NCBI GenBank assembly: GCA_963756075.1
Contig: CAVWMH010000003.1
Coordinates: 21,306 to 85,305 of the forward strand
DNA: 64,000 bases
Reading direction: 5' to 3'
Source of the DNA: Candidatus Dormiibacterota bacterium
Lineage (GTDB): Bacteria > Chloroflexota > Dormibacteria > Aeolococcales > Aeolococcaceae
The translations under genes and the position numbers were made by a program. Of the stretch, positions 42,765 to 51,918 are shown piece by piece. The notes below the pieces were generated by a model. It made no database searches and was not told where the DNA came from. It worked only from the letters and a program-made list of their open reading frames with translations. How positions within the stretch are numbered: the first letter of the stretch is position 1; each line of letters begins with the position of its first letter.

Positions 42765-43862
42765 ATGACACAGCGTCATGTTGTGATGGTCGCACCCCCC
42801 TGGTATCCGGTTCCGCCGCATGGCTACGGCGGTATCGAGCTGGTCGTTGGGTTGCTCGGGGATGCCTTGCGCCAGGCTGGCGATCGGGTCACACTCCTCG
42901 GCGCCGAGGGTTCGCAACCTGACGCCATTGCGCTTGCTCCGCGCTCGTGGCGCACGGATCTCGGCGGACCCGACGAACGCCTTCGCGAGTTGACGTATGC
43001 CGTCCGCGTAGCCGAGACGCTCGCACAGCTTGACCACGTTGACGTCATTCACGACCACTGCGGCTTCGCGACACTTGTGGCCGCATGTGCCGCGGACGTC
43101 GCTCCAGTCGTGCACACGGTGCACGGCGACATCCCTGAGGCGTGCGCCACCTTCTACTCCGCGACCGTGAACCACGCTAGGTTTGTCGCCATCAGCGCGG
43201 CGCAGCGCCGTACCCTGCCGGACTTCCCGTGGATTGGCACGGTGCACAACGCCGTTGACGTGGAGAACCTGATGGTCACGCCAACGCAGAAGGTGCCCTT
43301 CCTGCTGTGTCTGGCGCGCATCTGCCCCGACAAGGGGCAGCACGTCGCCATCGAGGTGGCTCGGCGCACCGGGATGCGCCTCGTGCTGGCGGGCAAGGTT
43401 GAAGCCACGCCTCAGGCGACTGAGTACTTCAAGCGGCAGGTGGAACCGTTGATCGACGGCGTCCGTGTTCTTCATTTCGACAATGTGGGCGGCGGCGAGA
43501 AGGCGCTACTCCTGGCACGCGCATACGCGTTGCTCGCCCCGCTGCAATGGGACGAACCCTTCGGGCTTTCCATGGTCGAGGCGATGGCGAGTGGGACGCC
43601 GGTAATTGCCATCGGTCGTGGCGCAGCACCGGAATTGGTGACCGAGGGCGCGACCGGATTCCTGGTAAACGATGTCGACGAGATGGTACGCGCGGTTTCG
43701 CAGGTAGCTTCGCTGGACCCCTCCTCCTGTGCCGCGGTCACGCGCGCGCGCTTCAGTCCATCAGTGATGGCATCCTCGTATGGTCACCTCTACGACAAGG
43801 TGGCGTGGGAGCCGGATGCGTCCCATAGGCCGGCTGGACTCGTCGAGAATTCCGCCGCATAG
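42765..43862 (+). CDS. GT4-family glycosyltransferase
   Basis: HVVMVAPPWYPVPPHGYGGIELVV... and the C-terminal block EPFGLSMVEAMASGTPVIA...E...GATGFLV (E-x7-E type motif). Confidence 0.85.
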   Translation: MTQRHVVMVAPPWYPVPPHGYGGIELVVGLLGDALRQAGDRVTLLGAEGSQPDAIALAPRSWRTDLGGPDERLRELTYAVRVAETLAQLDHVDVIHDHCGFATLVAACAADVAPVVHTVHGDIPEACATFYSATVNHARFVAISAAQRRTLPDFPWIGTVHNAVDVENLMVTPTQKVPFLLCLARICPDKGQHVAIEVARRTGMRLVLAGKVEATPQATEYFKRQVEPLIDGVRVLHFDNVGGGEKALLLARAYALLAPLQWDEPFGLSMVEAMASGTPVIAIGRGAAPELVTEGATGFLVNDVDEMVRAVSQVASLDPSSCAAVTRARFSPSVMASSYGHLYDKVAWEPDASHRPAGLVENSAA

Positions 43863-44010
43863 CTGCTTTCGGGAACTCGCAGTACAGGCGGCGCTGCGCC
43901 GCCTGATCAACTCCAGGGGTGTTGACATGCGCGTTTTGGTACGCTAGCGTACGAAGGCGAGATCCGCAAACCAAGACTGACCGTCGACCGGATTCATGCG
44001 GAGATAGGGG

Positions 44011-44409
44011 ATGGCACGAGAGCGTCTCAAGGTCCTCATCGTCGATGACGATCCGTTTATCGCCGAGATGTATCGACTGCGCCTCGAAGCCGAGGGTTAC
44101 GACGTAAGCATTGCCGCAGACGGCGAGGGAGGCCTCGCTTTGGCCATGGCGAGCGTGCCCAGCATCATCTGTCTGGACTACCGTTTGCCCGGGATCGATG
44201 GTCTCGAGGCGCTCGAGCGGCTGCGCGCGGAGCCGTCCACGAAGTCGATTCCGGTCATCATGTTCAGCAATGACGGCGATCCCGCGCTACGCGAGCGCGG
44301 TCTCCGTCTTGGCGCGCTCCAGTTCGCAATCAAGGCAGAGATGAGTCCTGCCCAACTGGCGCAGGCAATCAGCCTCGCGACTGGCAACTCGCCGCAGGCC
44401 GCAGCCTGA
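44011..44409 (+). CDS. stand-alone response-regulator receiver (CheY-like)
   Basis: KVLIVDDDPFIAEMYRLRLE...IICLDYRLPGIDGLEAL...IPVIMFSN...ALQFAIK. Confidence 0.85.
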   Translation: MARERLKVLIVDDDPFIAEMYRLRLEAEGYDVSIAADGEGGLALAMASVPSIICLDYRLPGIDGLEALERLRAEPSTKSIPVIMFSNDGDPALRERGLRLGALQFAIKAEMSPAQLAQAISLATGNSPQAAA

Positions 44410-44586
44410 GCCAAGTCGAGGACGGCGCGATAACTGTGGCTCGGTAGCGGGGTTGCCTCCTCGACGCACGCATCGGTCAGCGCAGCAGCACTCAGCTGCC
44501 TTGCTCGCAGGATGACGCCTAGCGCGTGACCGTACCGGAGGTCAACGCCTCTTTAGGAGATGCCGATCATGCCCGATGCAGACTAT

Positions 44587-44982
44587 TCAAGAGATGTCCC
44601 GCGCCCAACGCTCATGTTCAGCTATCCGCAAGGAGAGTTGACGAGGAGTTGTATGCGCTTTGATCATAAACTCCAGGGCGCCCAGTTTCGACCCGCGCTC
44701 GGGCAGATCACGGTCTCCAACGTTGCTGAGGATAATGACGGGGATGCCCTTGGTCTCCGGATTGGCTCGGAGACCTGAAAGGACGTCAAGACCATCCATC
44801 TTTGGCAGACGTATATCGAGAACGATGAAATCTGGATGCTCATCCGACGCCATGCGCAAGCCCTGCTCACCGTCACGTGCGAGAAGGACATCGCGACCCG
44901 AGCTGAGGAGCGCAAGGCGGTACATCTCCGCCACGGCTTCGTCGTCCTCGATCAGGAGAATCTTGAACTCTGGACTTGCCAT
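44587..44982 (-). CDS. stand-alone response-regulator receiver (CheY-like), paralogue of 44011-44409
   Basis: KILLIEDDEAVAEMYRLALL...FIVLDIRLPKMDGLDVL...IPVIILSN...ALEFMIK. Confidence 0.85.
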   Translation of the reverse strand: MASPEFKILLIEDDEAVAEMYRLALLSSGRDVLLARDGEQGLRMASDEHPDFIVLDIRLPKMDGLDVLSGLRANPETKGIPVIILSNVGDRDLPERGSKLGALEFMIKAHTTPRQLSLRIAEHERWARDIS

Positions 44983-45262
44983 GATTGCTTCTTCACGGAT
45001 GGTCGCTTCCGGGCACGGAGCTCAGCCATCGCGGCCGTCGGGTCGCCAAGAGCAGCTGGCCCGATCCCAGTATCCGGGAATGTACCTTGGCGGGAGTTTG
45101 GCGGCGGGGCGGCTCTCCCGGATGCTGTGGCTGGATGACCGACGCTCGCCCGCACTTACCGTCGAAATTCGGGCTGGTAATGCTGCTTGTCGGGCGGACG
45201 TCCCAGGATGAACGCGCGCAATGACCCAAGCGATCGTTCGGCGACGCTGCAGGCGCGATCGA

Positions 45263-45994
45263 TCAGACGTCGTACCGGTCGTGGTGCCGGACCCACGCCT
45301 GAGTGAATTCCAGCTTGTCCTCGTCGCGGCCCTTGGGAACCAGGTCAAGGTAGTGATACGCGCCGTTGAGCATGTCAATACCTCGACCGTACGTTGAGTA
45401 GGTGTGGTAGATGCTGCCGTCCATGCCCTTGTAGAACACGCTGGCACCTTCGCGATCGGGCTGACCTGGATTCGACAACGCGTAATTGAAGAACGCGGTT
45501 CCGGTGCGCACCTGCTCCTCGGTGAAGGACGCGTTGAAGTCGTAGTTGAAGTCGGTGTGTGCCGACGAAACCCACGTGAAGTTCCAACCCATTCTCTTCT
45601 TGAATGCCTCGATCTTTTCCAGCGAAGCCCGCGAGACTGCCACAAAGCTCACGTCCCGATGACTGAGGTGAACATCGATGCCGTTGAAGTTGTCCGCCCA
45701 GAATGAGCAATGCGGGCAGCCCTCATCCCACCCCGGGTTGAACATGAAGTGGTAGACGATGAGCTGGCTTCGAGTTCCGAACAGGTCGGAGAGTGTGACC
45801 TCACCGCTCGGTGCGTCGAACAGGTACGCCGCTTCCACCTGCATCCAGGGCAGCTCGCGCCGCTCACGGCTCAGGTCGTCGCGACGTCTGGTGAATTCCT
45901 TCTCCGCGGCGAGCAACGCGGTTCTCTTGCTGAGCCACTCCTCACGCGAGACCACGCGGTGCTCCTCGACGCTGCCTTTATCCCTGTCGCTCAT
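45263..45994 (-). CDS. DUF899 thioredoxin-like protein
   Basis: LLAAEKEFTRRRDDLSRERRELPW...SQLIVYHFMFNPGWDEGCPHCSFWADNF...MGWNFTWVSS...DFN. Confidence 0.85.
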   Translation of the reverse strand: MSDRDKGSVEEHRVVSREEWLSKRTALLAAEKEFTRRRDDLSRERRELPWMQVEAAYLFDAPSGEVTLSDLFGTRSQLIVYHFMFNPGWDEGCPHCSFWADNFNGIDVHLSHRDVSFVAVSRASLEKIEAFKKRMGWNFTWVSSAHTDFNYDFNASFTEEQVRTGTAFFNYALSNPGQPDREGASVFYKGMDGSIYHTYSTYGRGIDMLNGAYHYLDLVPKGRDEDKLEFTQAWVRHHDRYDV

Positions 45995-46085
45995 CAGCTC
46001 ACCTCGACTTCAAGGTCACGCACGCGGTAGACACACCGCTTCAACCAGGGGCATAATAGTACACCTGATGGTGTACAGTCAACGG

Positions 46086-46430
46086 ATGCTCGACCGGAGC
46101 TTCGGGGCGCTCGCGCATCCAGCGCGGCGGCAGCTGCTTGAGACGCTCTCCCGTGGGCCGGCGTCGGTCGGTGAGGCATCGCTGGGATTGCGATTGTCGA
46201 AGGCAGCCGTCACCAAGCACGTGCGGGTGCTGGAGGACGCTGGCCTGGTGGCGCGCGACATCGAGGGTCGAACGCACCGGTTGCGTCTCCTTCCACCGCG
46301 GCTCGAGAGCGCCGCGGATTGGATCGAAGAGCAGCGCCGGCTCAGGACATCCAAGCTGGATATCCTGATCGGGACAGCGACGATAAAGGGTGGCGGGCCT
46401 GCCTCGACAATCTCGAGCGGCGGGTCGTGA
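46086..46430 (+). CDS. ArsR/SmtB-family HTH regulator
   Basis: FGALAHPARRQLLETLSRGPASVGEASLGLRLSKAAVTKHVRVLEDAGLV. An alternative ATG lies at 46068. Confidence 0.75.
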   Translation: MLDRSFGALAHPARRQLLETLSRGPASVGEASLGLRLSKAAVTKHVRVLEDAGLVARDIEGRTHRLRLLPPRLESAADWIEEQRRLRTSKLDILIGTATIKGGGPASTISSGGS

Positions 46431-46508
46431 TGAGTCCTGCGCCGCCGAGCTAGAATCGCCAGCGTGTGCGCTCAGGGCGCACAGAACCGGGTCTGGGAGG
46501 ATTGAGCG

Positions 46509-47111
46509 GTGTCCTGGAACATCAGCGGTTCCTACTTCGAAACCTGCTCGTGCAACGTGGTCTGCCCGTGCACCGCGTCGTTGGCGCTCGGAGCCACGCT
46601 CGATCGCTGCAAGGTGACCCTCGTTTTCCATGTCCGCGACGGGGATGTCAACGGAACAGATGTCGCCGGGTTGACGGTGGCTGCCATCGTCGACACCCCC
46701 AAGGTGATGACGGACGGTAATTGGCGCGTCGGCGTGTTCATCGACGCAGCCGCCTCCGACGAGCAAGCGGAGAAGCTCGGCGGTGTGTTCTCCGGGGCGC
46801 TGGGTGGTCCGATGGCGTCACTCGGGCCACTGATCTCCGAGAACCTCGGCGTTCAGCGCCTTCCCATCGAAGTGCGAGAGGATGGGCTGCGCCACTCGGT
46901 CCGGATCGGTGACGCGGTTGACTTTGAGATCGAGGACGTGGTGCCGTTCGGCGTGGAGACAGGGCAACCCGCGAAGCTCACCGGCATCTTCCATCCCGCC
47001 GGCTCGGAGCTGAATGTGGCTCGGGCGACACGCTCCGACATCAACGGGTTCGGGATCGCCTACGAGGGCAAAGCTGCCTTCTCCACATCTCATTTCGCGT
47101 GGTCAGCCTAG
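46509..47111 (+). CDS. DUF1326 family protein
   Basis: MSWNISGSYFETCSCNVVCPCT (GTG start) is the signature Cys-rich N-terminus. 200 aa. Confidence 0.85.
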   Translation: MSWNISGSYFETCSCNVVCPCTASLALGATLDRCKVTLVFHVRDGDVNGTDVAGLTVAAIVDTPKVMTDGNWRVGVFIDAAASDEQAEKLGGVFSGALGGPMASLGPLISENLGVQRLPIEVREDGLRHSVRIGDAVDFEIEDVVPFGVETGQPAKLTGIFHPAGSELNVARATRSDINGFGIAYEGKAAFSTSHFAWSA

Positions 47112-47950
47112 ACGCCGCCGGATCGGATCCCGTAGCCGAGAGCCGCCGCAGCCCGGACGCGCTCGCTGACGCTTTCTCGGCCGTGCGGTCGCGGCTGGGC
47201 CTGGTTGCGCTGCTGTTGGTGCTGGCCGGGCTCGCCTGGTGGGCCACCGCCAGTCAGATGGCCGGCATGGATGCCGGCCCGGGTACGGACCTCGGTGCTC
47301 TCGGGTGGTTCGTCGGCGTCTGGGTGCTGATGATGGCCGCGATGATGTTTCCGTCGGTCGCTCCCACGGTGGCGCTGTATTCGCGGATGACACGCCGGCG
47401 CAGCCCCGCGCGCCCCGTTCTCTTCAGCGCCGCGTATCTCCTGGTGTGGTCGGCGGTTGGCGTCTTCTCATACGGACTCTTCGAGCTCGGCAGGAATTGG
47501 TTTGGGGCCCAGCTGTCGTGGGATGCCGGTGGACGATGGGCCGCAGCTGCTGTCATCGCCGCGGCTGCGGTGTACGAGCTGACGCCGCTGAAGAACGCGT
47601 GTCTCGCGAGGTGTCGCAGCCCGCTGGGCTTTCTGCTCGGCAACTGGCGTGAAGGGTCGGCAGGCGCAGTCGAAATGGGAGCCAAGCATGCGGCGTGGTG
47701 CGTCGGGTGCTGCTGGGCGCTCATGGCTGCGCTCTTCGCGCTGGGCGTGATGAGCCTGGTGTGGATGGCCGTGGTCGCCGCGGTGATCACTGCCGAAAAA
47801 ACCCTGCCGTGGCGCCGCGCAGTCCTCTGGACCACGACCGCAGCCCTGCTGGTGCTGGCGGTGATGGTGGTGGCGGCCCCCCACGCGGTTCCCGGCCTCG
47901 TCGTGCCGGGAAGTGCCGGCAGCGGGGCGAGCATGGGGATGACTCCCTAG
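47099..47950 (+). CDS. DUF2182 predicted metal-binding membrane protein
   Basis: Overlaps the DUF1326 gene by 13 nt, the usual DUF1326/DUF2182 pairing. It is polytopic, with MMAAMMFPS, LTPLKNACLARCRSPLGFL and AWCVGCCWALMAALF. Confidence 0.8.
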   Translation: MVSLDAAGSDPVAESRRSPDALADAFSAVRSRLGLVALLLVLAGLAWWATASQMAGMDAGPGTDLGALGWFVGVWVLMMAAMMFPSVAPTVALYSRMTRRRSPARPVLFSAAYLLVWSAVGVFSYGLFELGRNWFGAQLSWDAGGRWAAAAVIAAAAVYELTPLKNACLARCRSPLGFLLGNWREGSAGAVEMGAKHAAWCVGCCWALMAALFALGVMSLVWMAVVAAVITAEKTLPWRRAVLWTTTAALLVLAVMVVAAPHAVPGLVVPGSAGSGASMGMTP

Positions 47951-48198
47951 GCGCACATCCCGCAGAGGGGCTCAGATGGTCAGCACCTCGATGTGGCCGT
48001 CTTCGCCGGCCTGTTCGAATCTCTGTTCTCGCGGCATGCCAGAGGGTGGGGTCAATGATGAGGTCGCCCGCTGCGGACAGACTGGTGCGGCTGCATCAGT
48101 CAGATTTGGTATGGACGTATCTCGCCGGCCGGGATGCCATCGATGACCATGTGATAAGCGCCCGTGGAGCGCTCAATCGATAACGGAGACAGGTTGGG

Positions 48199-48813
48199 AT
48201 GAATAGAGAACACACAACGCGTACCGCTCAGTGGCACGTGTCGCGCATGGCGATGGGCGTCGCCGGAGTAGCCGCGCTCGTCACGCTGGGCTCCATCCAC
48301 GCGTCGGCGGCGAGCGGCACGCAAACTCTGACGGGATCCACATCTGGCGGAGTGCTCAGCATCGCCGCCCCAGGTGCGCTCATCCTGCCGACCCTGGTCG
48401 CGGGCAGCTCAACGGCTGCCACGAGTCTCGGTAGTCTGAGCTGGACTGACACGATGAACGACGCGGCAGTTTCGAGCGTCACGCTGGCGGCCACCAACCT
48501 GTGGCACGCTGCAGGCGCCGGTTTGTACATACCTTGGGCGGACTTCACGATCACAGTCGACCCTGCTCCGGTTGCCAACGTGAATAACACGGGGGCAGCT
48601 GCAACTGTTCCGGTTGGTAGTCCATATGTCCTCGCCGGAGCCCCCACCACCGACTTCGCAACCTACTCCACGCCGATCACGCTTGCGACCGCGTCGGCCA
48701 CCAGTGAAGGCACGTGGACGCAGGCGAACAACTCGATCGCCGTCGCCGTGCCAGCGAATACCACGCCGGGCACCCTCTTCACGGCCACGATCCAGTACAC
48801 CGTCACAGGCTAG
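48199..48813 (+). CDS. secreted WxL-domain-like surface protein (tentative)
   Basis: Signal peptide MAMGVAGVAALVTLGSIHASAAS, then GGVLSIAAPGALILPTL...LSWTDTMNDAAV...GTLFTATIQYTVTG. Layout and size resemble WxL-type cell-surface proteins. Confidence 0.5.
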   Translation: MNREHTTRTAQWHVSRMAMGVAGVAALVTLGSIHASAASGTQTLTGSTSGGVLSIAAPGALILPTLVAGSSTAATSLGSLSWTDTMNDAAVSSVTLAATNLWHAAGAGLYIPWADFTITVDPAPVANVNNTGAAATVPVGSPYVLAGAPTTDFATYSTPITLATASATSEGTWTQANNSIAVAVPANTTPGTLFTATIQYTVTG

Positions 48814-49048
48814 CCGCCCTTCCCTACACAGCCCGGCGATCGTCCGCTCAAGCACGGACCGTCGCCAGGGCTGTTCTCTCGAAGTGAGGCCCGCTGCGGG
48901 TTCCGGTGTGGTGACGGATGTCGCGTCGGGATCCTTCGGTGAGCCCCGTGAGACATTCCGTCACAAGTCACCAGGTTTGGTGCCTTCTTGTGACGGTCAG
49001 GGTCGGGGGACCCGGTTAGGCTGGGGATTCGTTCGTTTCGAGGAAGAG

Positions 49049-50113
49049 TTGAAGACTGGATCGTCCGCTCGTCATGCGGACAGCATTACCGCCCACGCCA
49101 TCGCCTCGTTGAGCTGCCTTGCGGTGTTGGCCTGCCTGATCGTCCAGTCGCAGGCAATAGCGCGCGCCGCCGCCTCCCCGTCGCCGGACACGGGTCGGCT
49201 CTTCGGCGTTCACCCTGTCCAGCAGGGGCTGACCACCTTGCCTGGAGGACACTTCAACTATGCGCTCGTGCCCGGTCAGAGCCTCTCCGACGGGATCGTC
49301 GTGGAGAACTTCTCTGACCACGCCATCAGCGTCCATGTCTATGGTGCAGATCTCATTTCCGCAACCGGTGGTGGCCTGGCACCTGCGCAGCCAACCGCCA
49401 CCATGCGAGACGTGGGCGCGTGGATCACCGTATCCACACCAATCGTCATGGTGCCGGCGCACGGTCAGATCACCGACCACTTCACAGTGCTCGTGCCCAG
49501 CGTGGTGTCATCGGGTCAACACCTCGGTGCCGTGGTTGCAGCTGCCACTGTTGGCCTTACGACGCAGGGAAACCCGATAGAGGCACGCGTAGCGCTGATA
49601 ACCGTCGTCACCGTGCCAGGCGATGCTCAGGCTTCGGCGAGTCTGACGCCTCTGGTTGGATCGGACGCGGCATCAGGGCAGATCGGATTCGGCATCACGC
49701 TGTCCAATACGGGGAACGTACTGCTCACCTATACGGGGTCACTCAGCATCGACGACGGTGATGGGCGCCATGTTGCCACGCTGCAGCTGACTCCCACCAC
49801 TGCGTACGTCGTACCAAAGGGACGCGTGCCACTTGCCGCTGCGTGGAAGGAGACCATTTCGCATTCCACGGTGTATCGGGCTCAGGCGACAGTCATCATT
49901 CTGGCCAACGGAGTGCCGGTGCGCACATTGACGTCGCAGGCCCTCGCGCTGCGGTTTTCATCCGGGCCTTCGCCGTTTCTCTTTGTAGGAGTTGGGCTTG
50001 CGCTGATTGCGATGATGCTCGTCGCAACCCAGGGTATTCGACGTCGAGGTCGATGGAAAAGCAGGACCAGGCTTCGGAGCGCCTCCGGAATAGACGTTGC
50101 CCGGTTGAGATGA
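49049..50113 (+). CDS. DUF916/DUF3324-like cell-surface protein with C-terminal TM anchor
   Basis: FGVHPVQQGLTTLPGGHFNYALVPGQSLSDGIVVENFSDHAISVHVYGADL...WITVSTPIVMVPAHGQITDHFTVLVPS, then a second beta domain, then the TM helix LFVGVGLALIAMMLVA followed by RRRGRWK. The start is tentatively TTG 49049, preceding the signal-like AIASLSCLAVLACLIV. Confidence 0.6.
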   Translation: MKTGSSARHADSITAHAIASLSCLAVLACLIVQSQAIARAAASPSPDTGRLFGVHPVQQGLTTLPGGHFNYALVPGQSLSDGIVVENFSDHAISVHVYGADLISATGGGLAPAQPTATMRDVGAWITVSTPIVMVPAHGQITDHFTVLVPSVVSSGQHLGAVVAAATVGLTTQGNPIEARVALITVVTVPGDAQASASLTPLVGSDAASGQIGFGITLSNTGNVLLTYTGSLSIDDGDGRHVATLQLTPTTAYVVPKGRVPLAAAWKETISHSTVYRAQATVIILANGVPVRTLTSQALALRFSSGPSPFLFVGVGLALIAMMLVATQGIRRRGRWKSRTRLRSASGIDVARLR

Positions 50114-51918
50114 TCCAGACACCCGGATCTGAGAGGACCCTTCCAGTTGCTCCGAGCGTGCCCAAAGGAGGCGCACGATTGGCGGCGCGCACCGCCGCGC
50201 GCACGACGATCCTTGTTGTGGATGACGATCCGCTGATCCGCGACGCGACGGAGCGCATCCTGAAGAAGGCGCTCTACCAGGTGGTGCAGGCATCCAGCGT
50301 CAGCGAGGCGCGAGCGGTCTGGAGGAAATTCCGTCCGGAGGTCGCTCTTGTCGACCTCGACCTCGGCGGCGAACCCGGGTCGGCACTGATGAGTGAACCG
50401 TGGGCTCGTGATCGAGACACGGCGATCGTCGTGTTGACGGGATCTGATGACCTCGACGTGGCGAACCAGTCGTTCGAAAATGGAGCGTCAGGCTACGTGG
50501 TCAAGCCGTTCACGCCGAACGAGCTCCTCATGCAGGTCAGCAGTGCGCTTCGCCGCCGGCATCTTGAGCAAGCTGCCGCCGACAACGTCCGAGAACTGGA
50601 ACGGAAGGTTGTGGAGAGTGCGACCGGTATCAATGAGGTGAGAGCGCTCCTGGAGAACGTCACGTCGGGATCCGCGCATTCCGATGAGCAGATCGTGCAA
50701 CACCTCATCTCGGCGATGTGTCTTCGCGACGATGACACTGGTCGACACATCGAGAGGCTCAGCGTCACCGCGGCGGCGCTTGCGCAGTGGTGCGGATTCG
50801 TGGTCGATCCCCCGCCCGCCATGCGCCTCGCGGCTGCGCTGCACGATGTCGGCAAGATCGGCATTCCGGATTGGGTGCTGCACAAACCAGAGCGCCTGAC
50901 CCCGGACGAGAGAACGATCATCGAGCGGCACTGCGAGCTGGGCTACGCCCTCCTGAAGGGCTCGATCAGCCCGGTTCTTCAGCTTGCCGCGTCTGTCGCT
51001 CTGAATCATCACGAGCGTTGGGACGGGAATGGGTATCCAAACCGTCGCAGCGGTAGTGACATTCCGATGGAAGCACGCATCACCGCGGTGGCGGACGTCT
51101 TTGACGCCCTCACCCGGGATCGTGTATATCGGGCGGCACTTCCGGTGGACACTGCGGTTGACGTCATGATGCGCGATCGCGCCGGCCGCTTCGATCCGCA
51201 GCTGCTGGATGTCTTTCTCGATCATCTGGACGACATCCTGGACCTCACGAAGGACTTGCCGGATCCATCGATGTCGCGGGTGACTCGCATCGTCGTGGCC
51301 GGCGATGAGCCGGTCCTCGTGGACGGGCTGCTGCAACTCATGGATCGACGAGGGGATATGCGCGTGGTCGGGAGTTGTCGGACATCGGTTGAGGTGCTCC
51401 AAACTGTACGCGGCCTCCGCCCAGACGTGGTGCTTGCCGACTATCGAATGCTCGACGGCGAAGGCGCGGGATTGACAGAGGTCGTCCTGGCAGAGCACCC
51501 CGAGACGAAGGTGATCGTGCTGATCGACACGGCGGCACCGGAAGCCGCGCTTCGCTGTATCTCCGCCGGCTGCTCGGGGGTGATCGCAAAGACCGCGTCG
51601 GTCGATGACGTCGCAAGGGCTATCCGGCGCGTCCATGACGGCGAGGTGGTGATCCCCGCGGCACTTCTCCCACGCGTCGTTTCAGGGTTGCGCCGGACCG
51701 GGCACCGTGTTGGTGATGACCTGACGCGCCGAGAGGGTGAAGTGCTCGGACATCTGGCCCAGGGCCTCTCACTGATGGACATCGCTGACGTCATGTCCAT
51801 CAGTCTGAACACTGCCCGCAACCACACCCAGCGCACGATCGAGAAGCTGGGAGCGCACTCCAAGCTGGAGGCTGTTGTGATCGCGATCCGCGAAGGTCTT
51901 GAGACGGCACCGAAGTGA
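50110..51918 (+). CDS. REC - HD-GYP - REC - LuxR-HTH four-domain response regulator
   Basis: ATG 50110 overlaps the previous stop (ATGA). REC1 reads TILVVDDDPLIRD...ALVDLDLGG. HD-GYP reads HIERLS...AALHDVGKIGIPDWVL...HHERWDGNGYPN. REC2 reads RIVVAGDEPVLVDG...VVLADYRMLDGEG. LuxR HTH reads LTRREGEVLGHLAQGLSLMDIADVMSISLNTARNHTQRTIEKLG. Confidence 0.85.
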   Translation: MIQTPGSERTLPVAPSVPKGGARLAARTAARTTILVVDDDPLIRDATERILKKALYQVVQASSVSEARAVWRKFRPEVALVDLDLGGEPGSALMSEPWARDRDTAIVVLTGSDDLDVANQSFENGASGYVVKPFTPNELLMQVSSALRRRHLEQAAADNVRELERKVVESATGINEVRALLENVTSGSAHSDEQIVQHLISAMCLRDDDTGRHIERLSVTAAALAQWCGFVVDPPPAMRLAAALHDVGKIGIPDWVLHKPERLTPDERTIIERHCELGYALLKGSISPVLQLAASVALNHHERWDGNGYPNRRSGSDIPMEARITAVADVFDALTRDRVYRAALPVDTAVDVMMRDRAGRFDPQLLDVFLDHLDDILDLTKDLPDPSMSRVTRIVVAGDEPVLVDGLLQLMDRRGDMRVVGSCRTSVEVLQTVRGLRPDVVLADYRMLDGEGAGLTEVVLAEHPETKVIVLIDTAAPEAALRCISAGCSGVIAKTASVDDVARAIRRVHDGEVVIPAALLPRVVSGLRRTGHRVGDDLTRREGEVLGHLAQGLSLMDIADVMSISLNTARNHTQRTIEKLGAHSKLEAVVIAIREGLETAPK

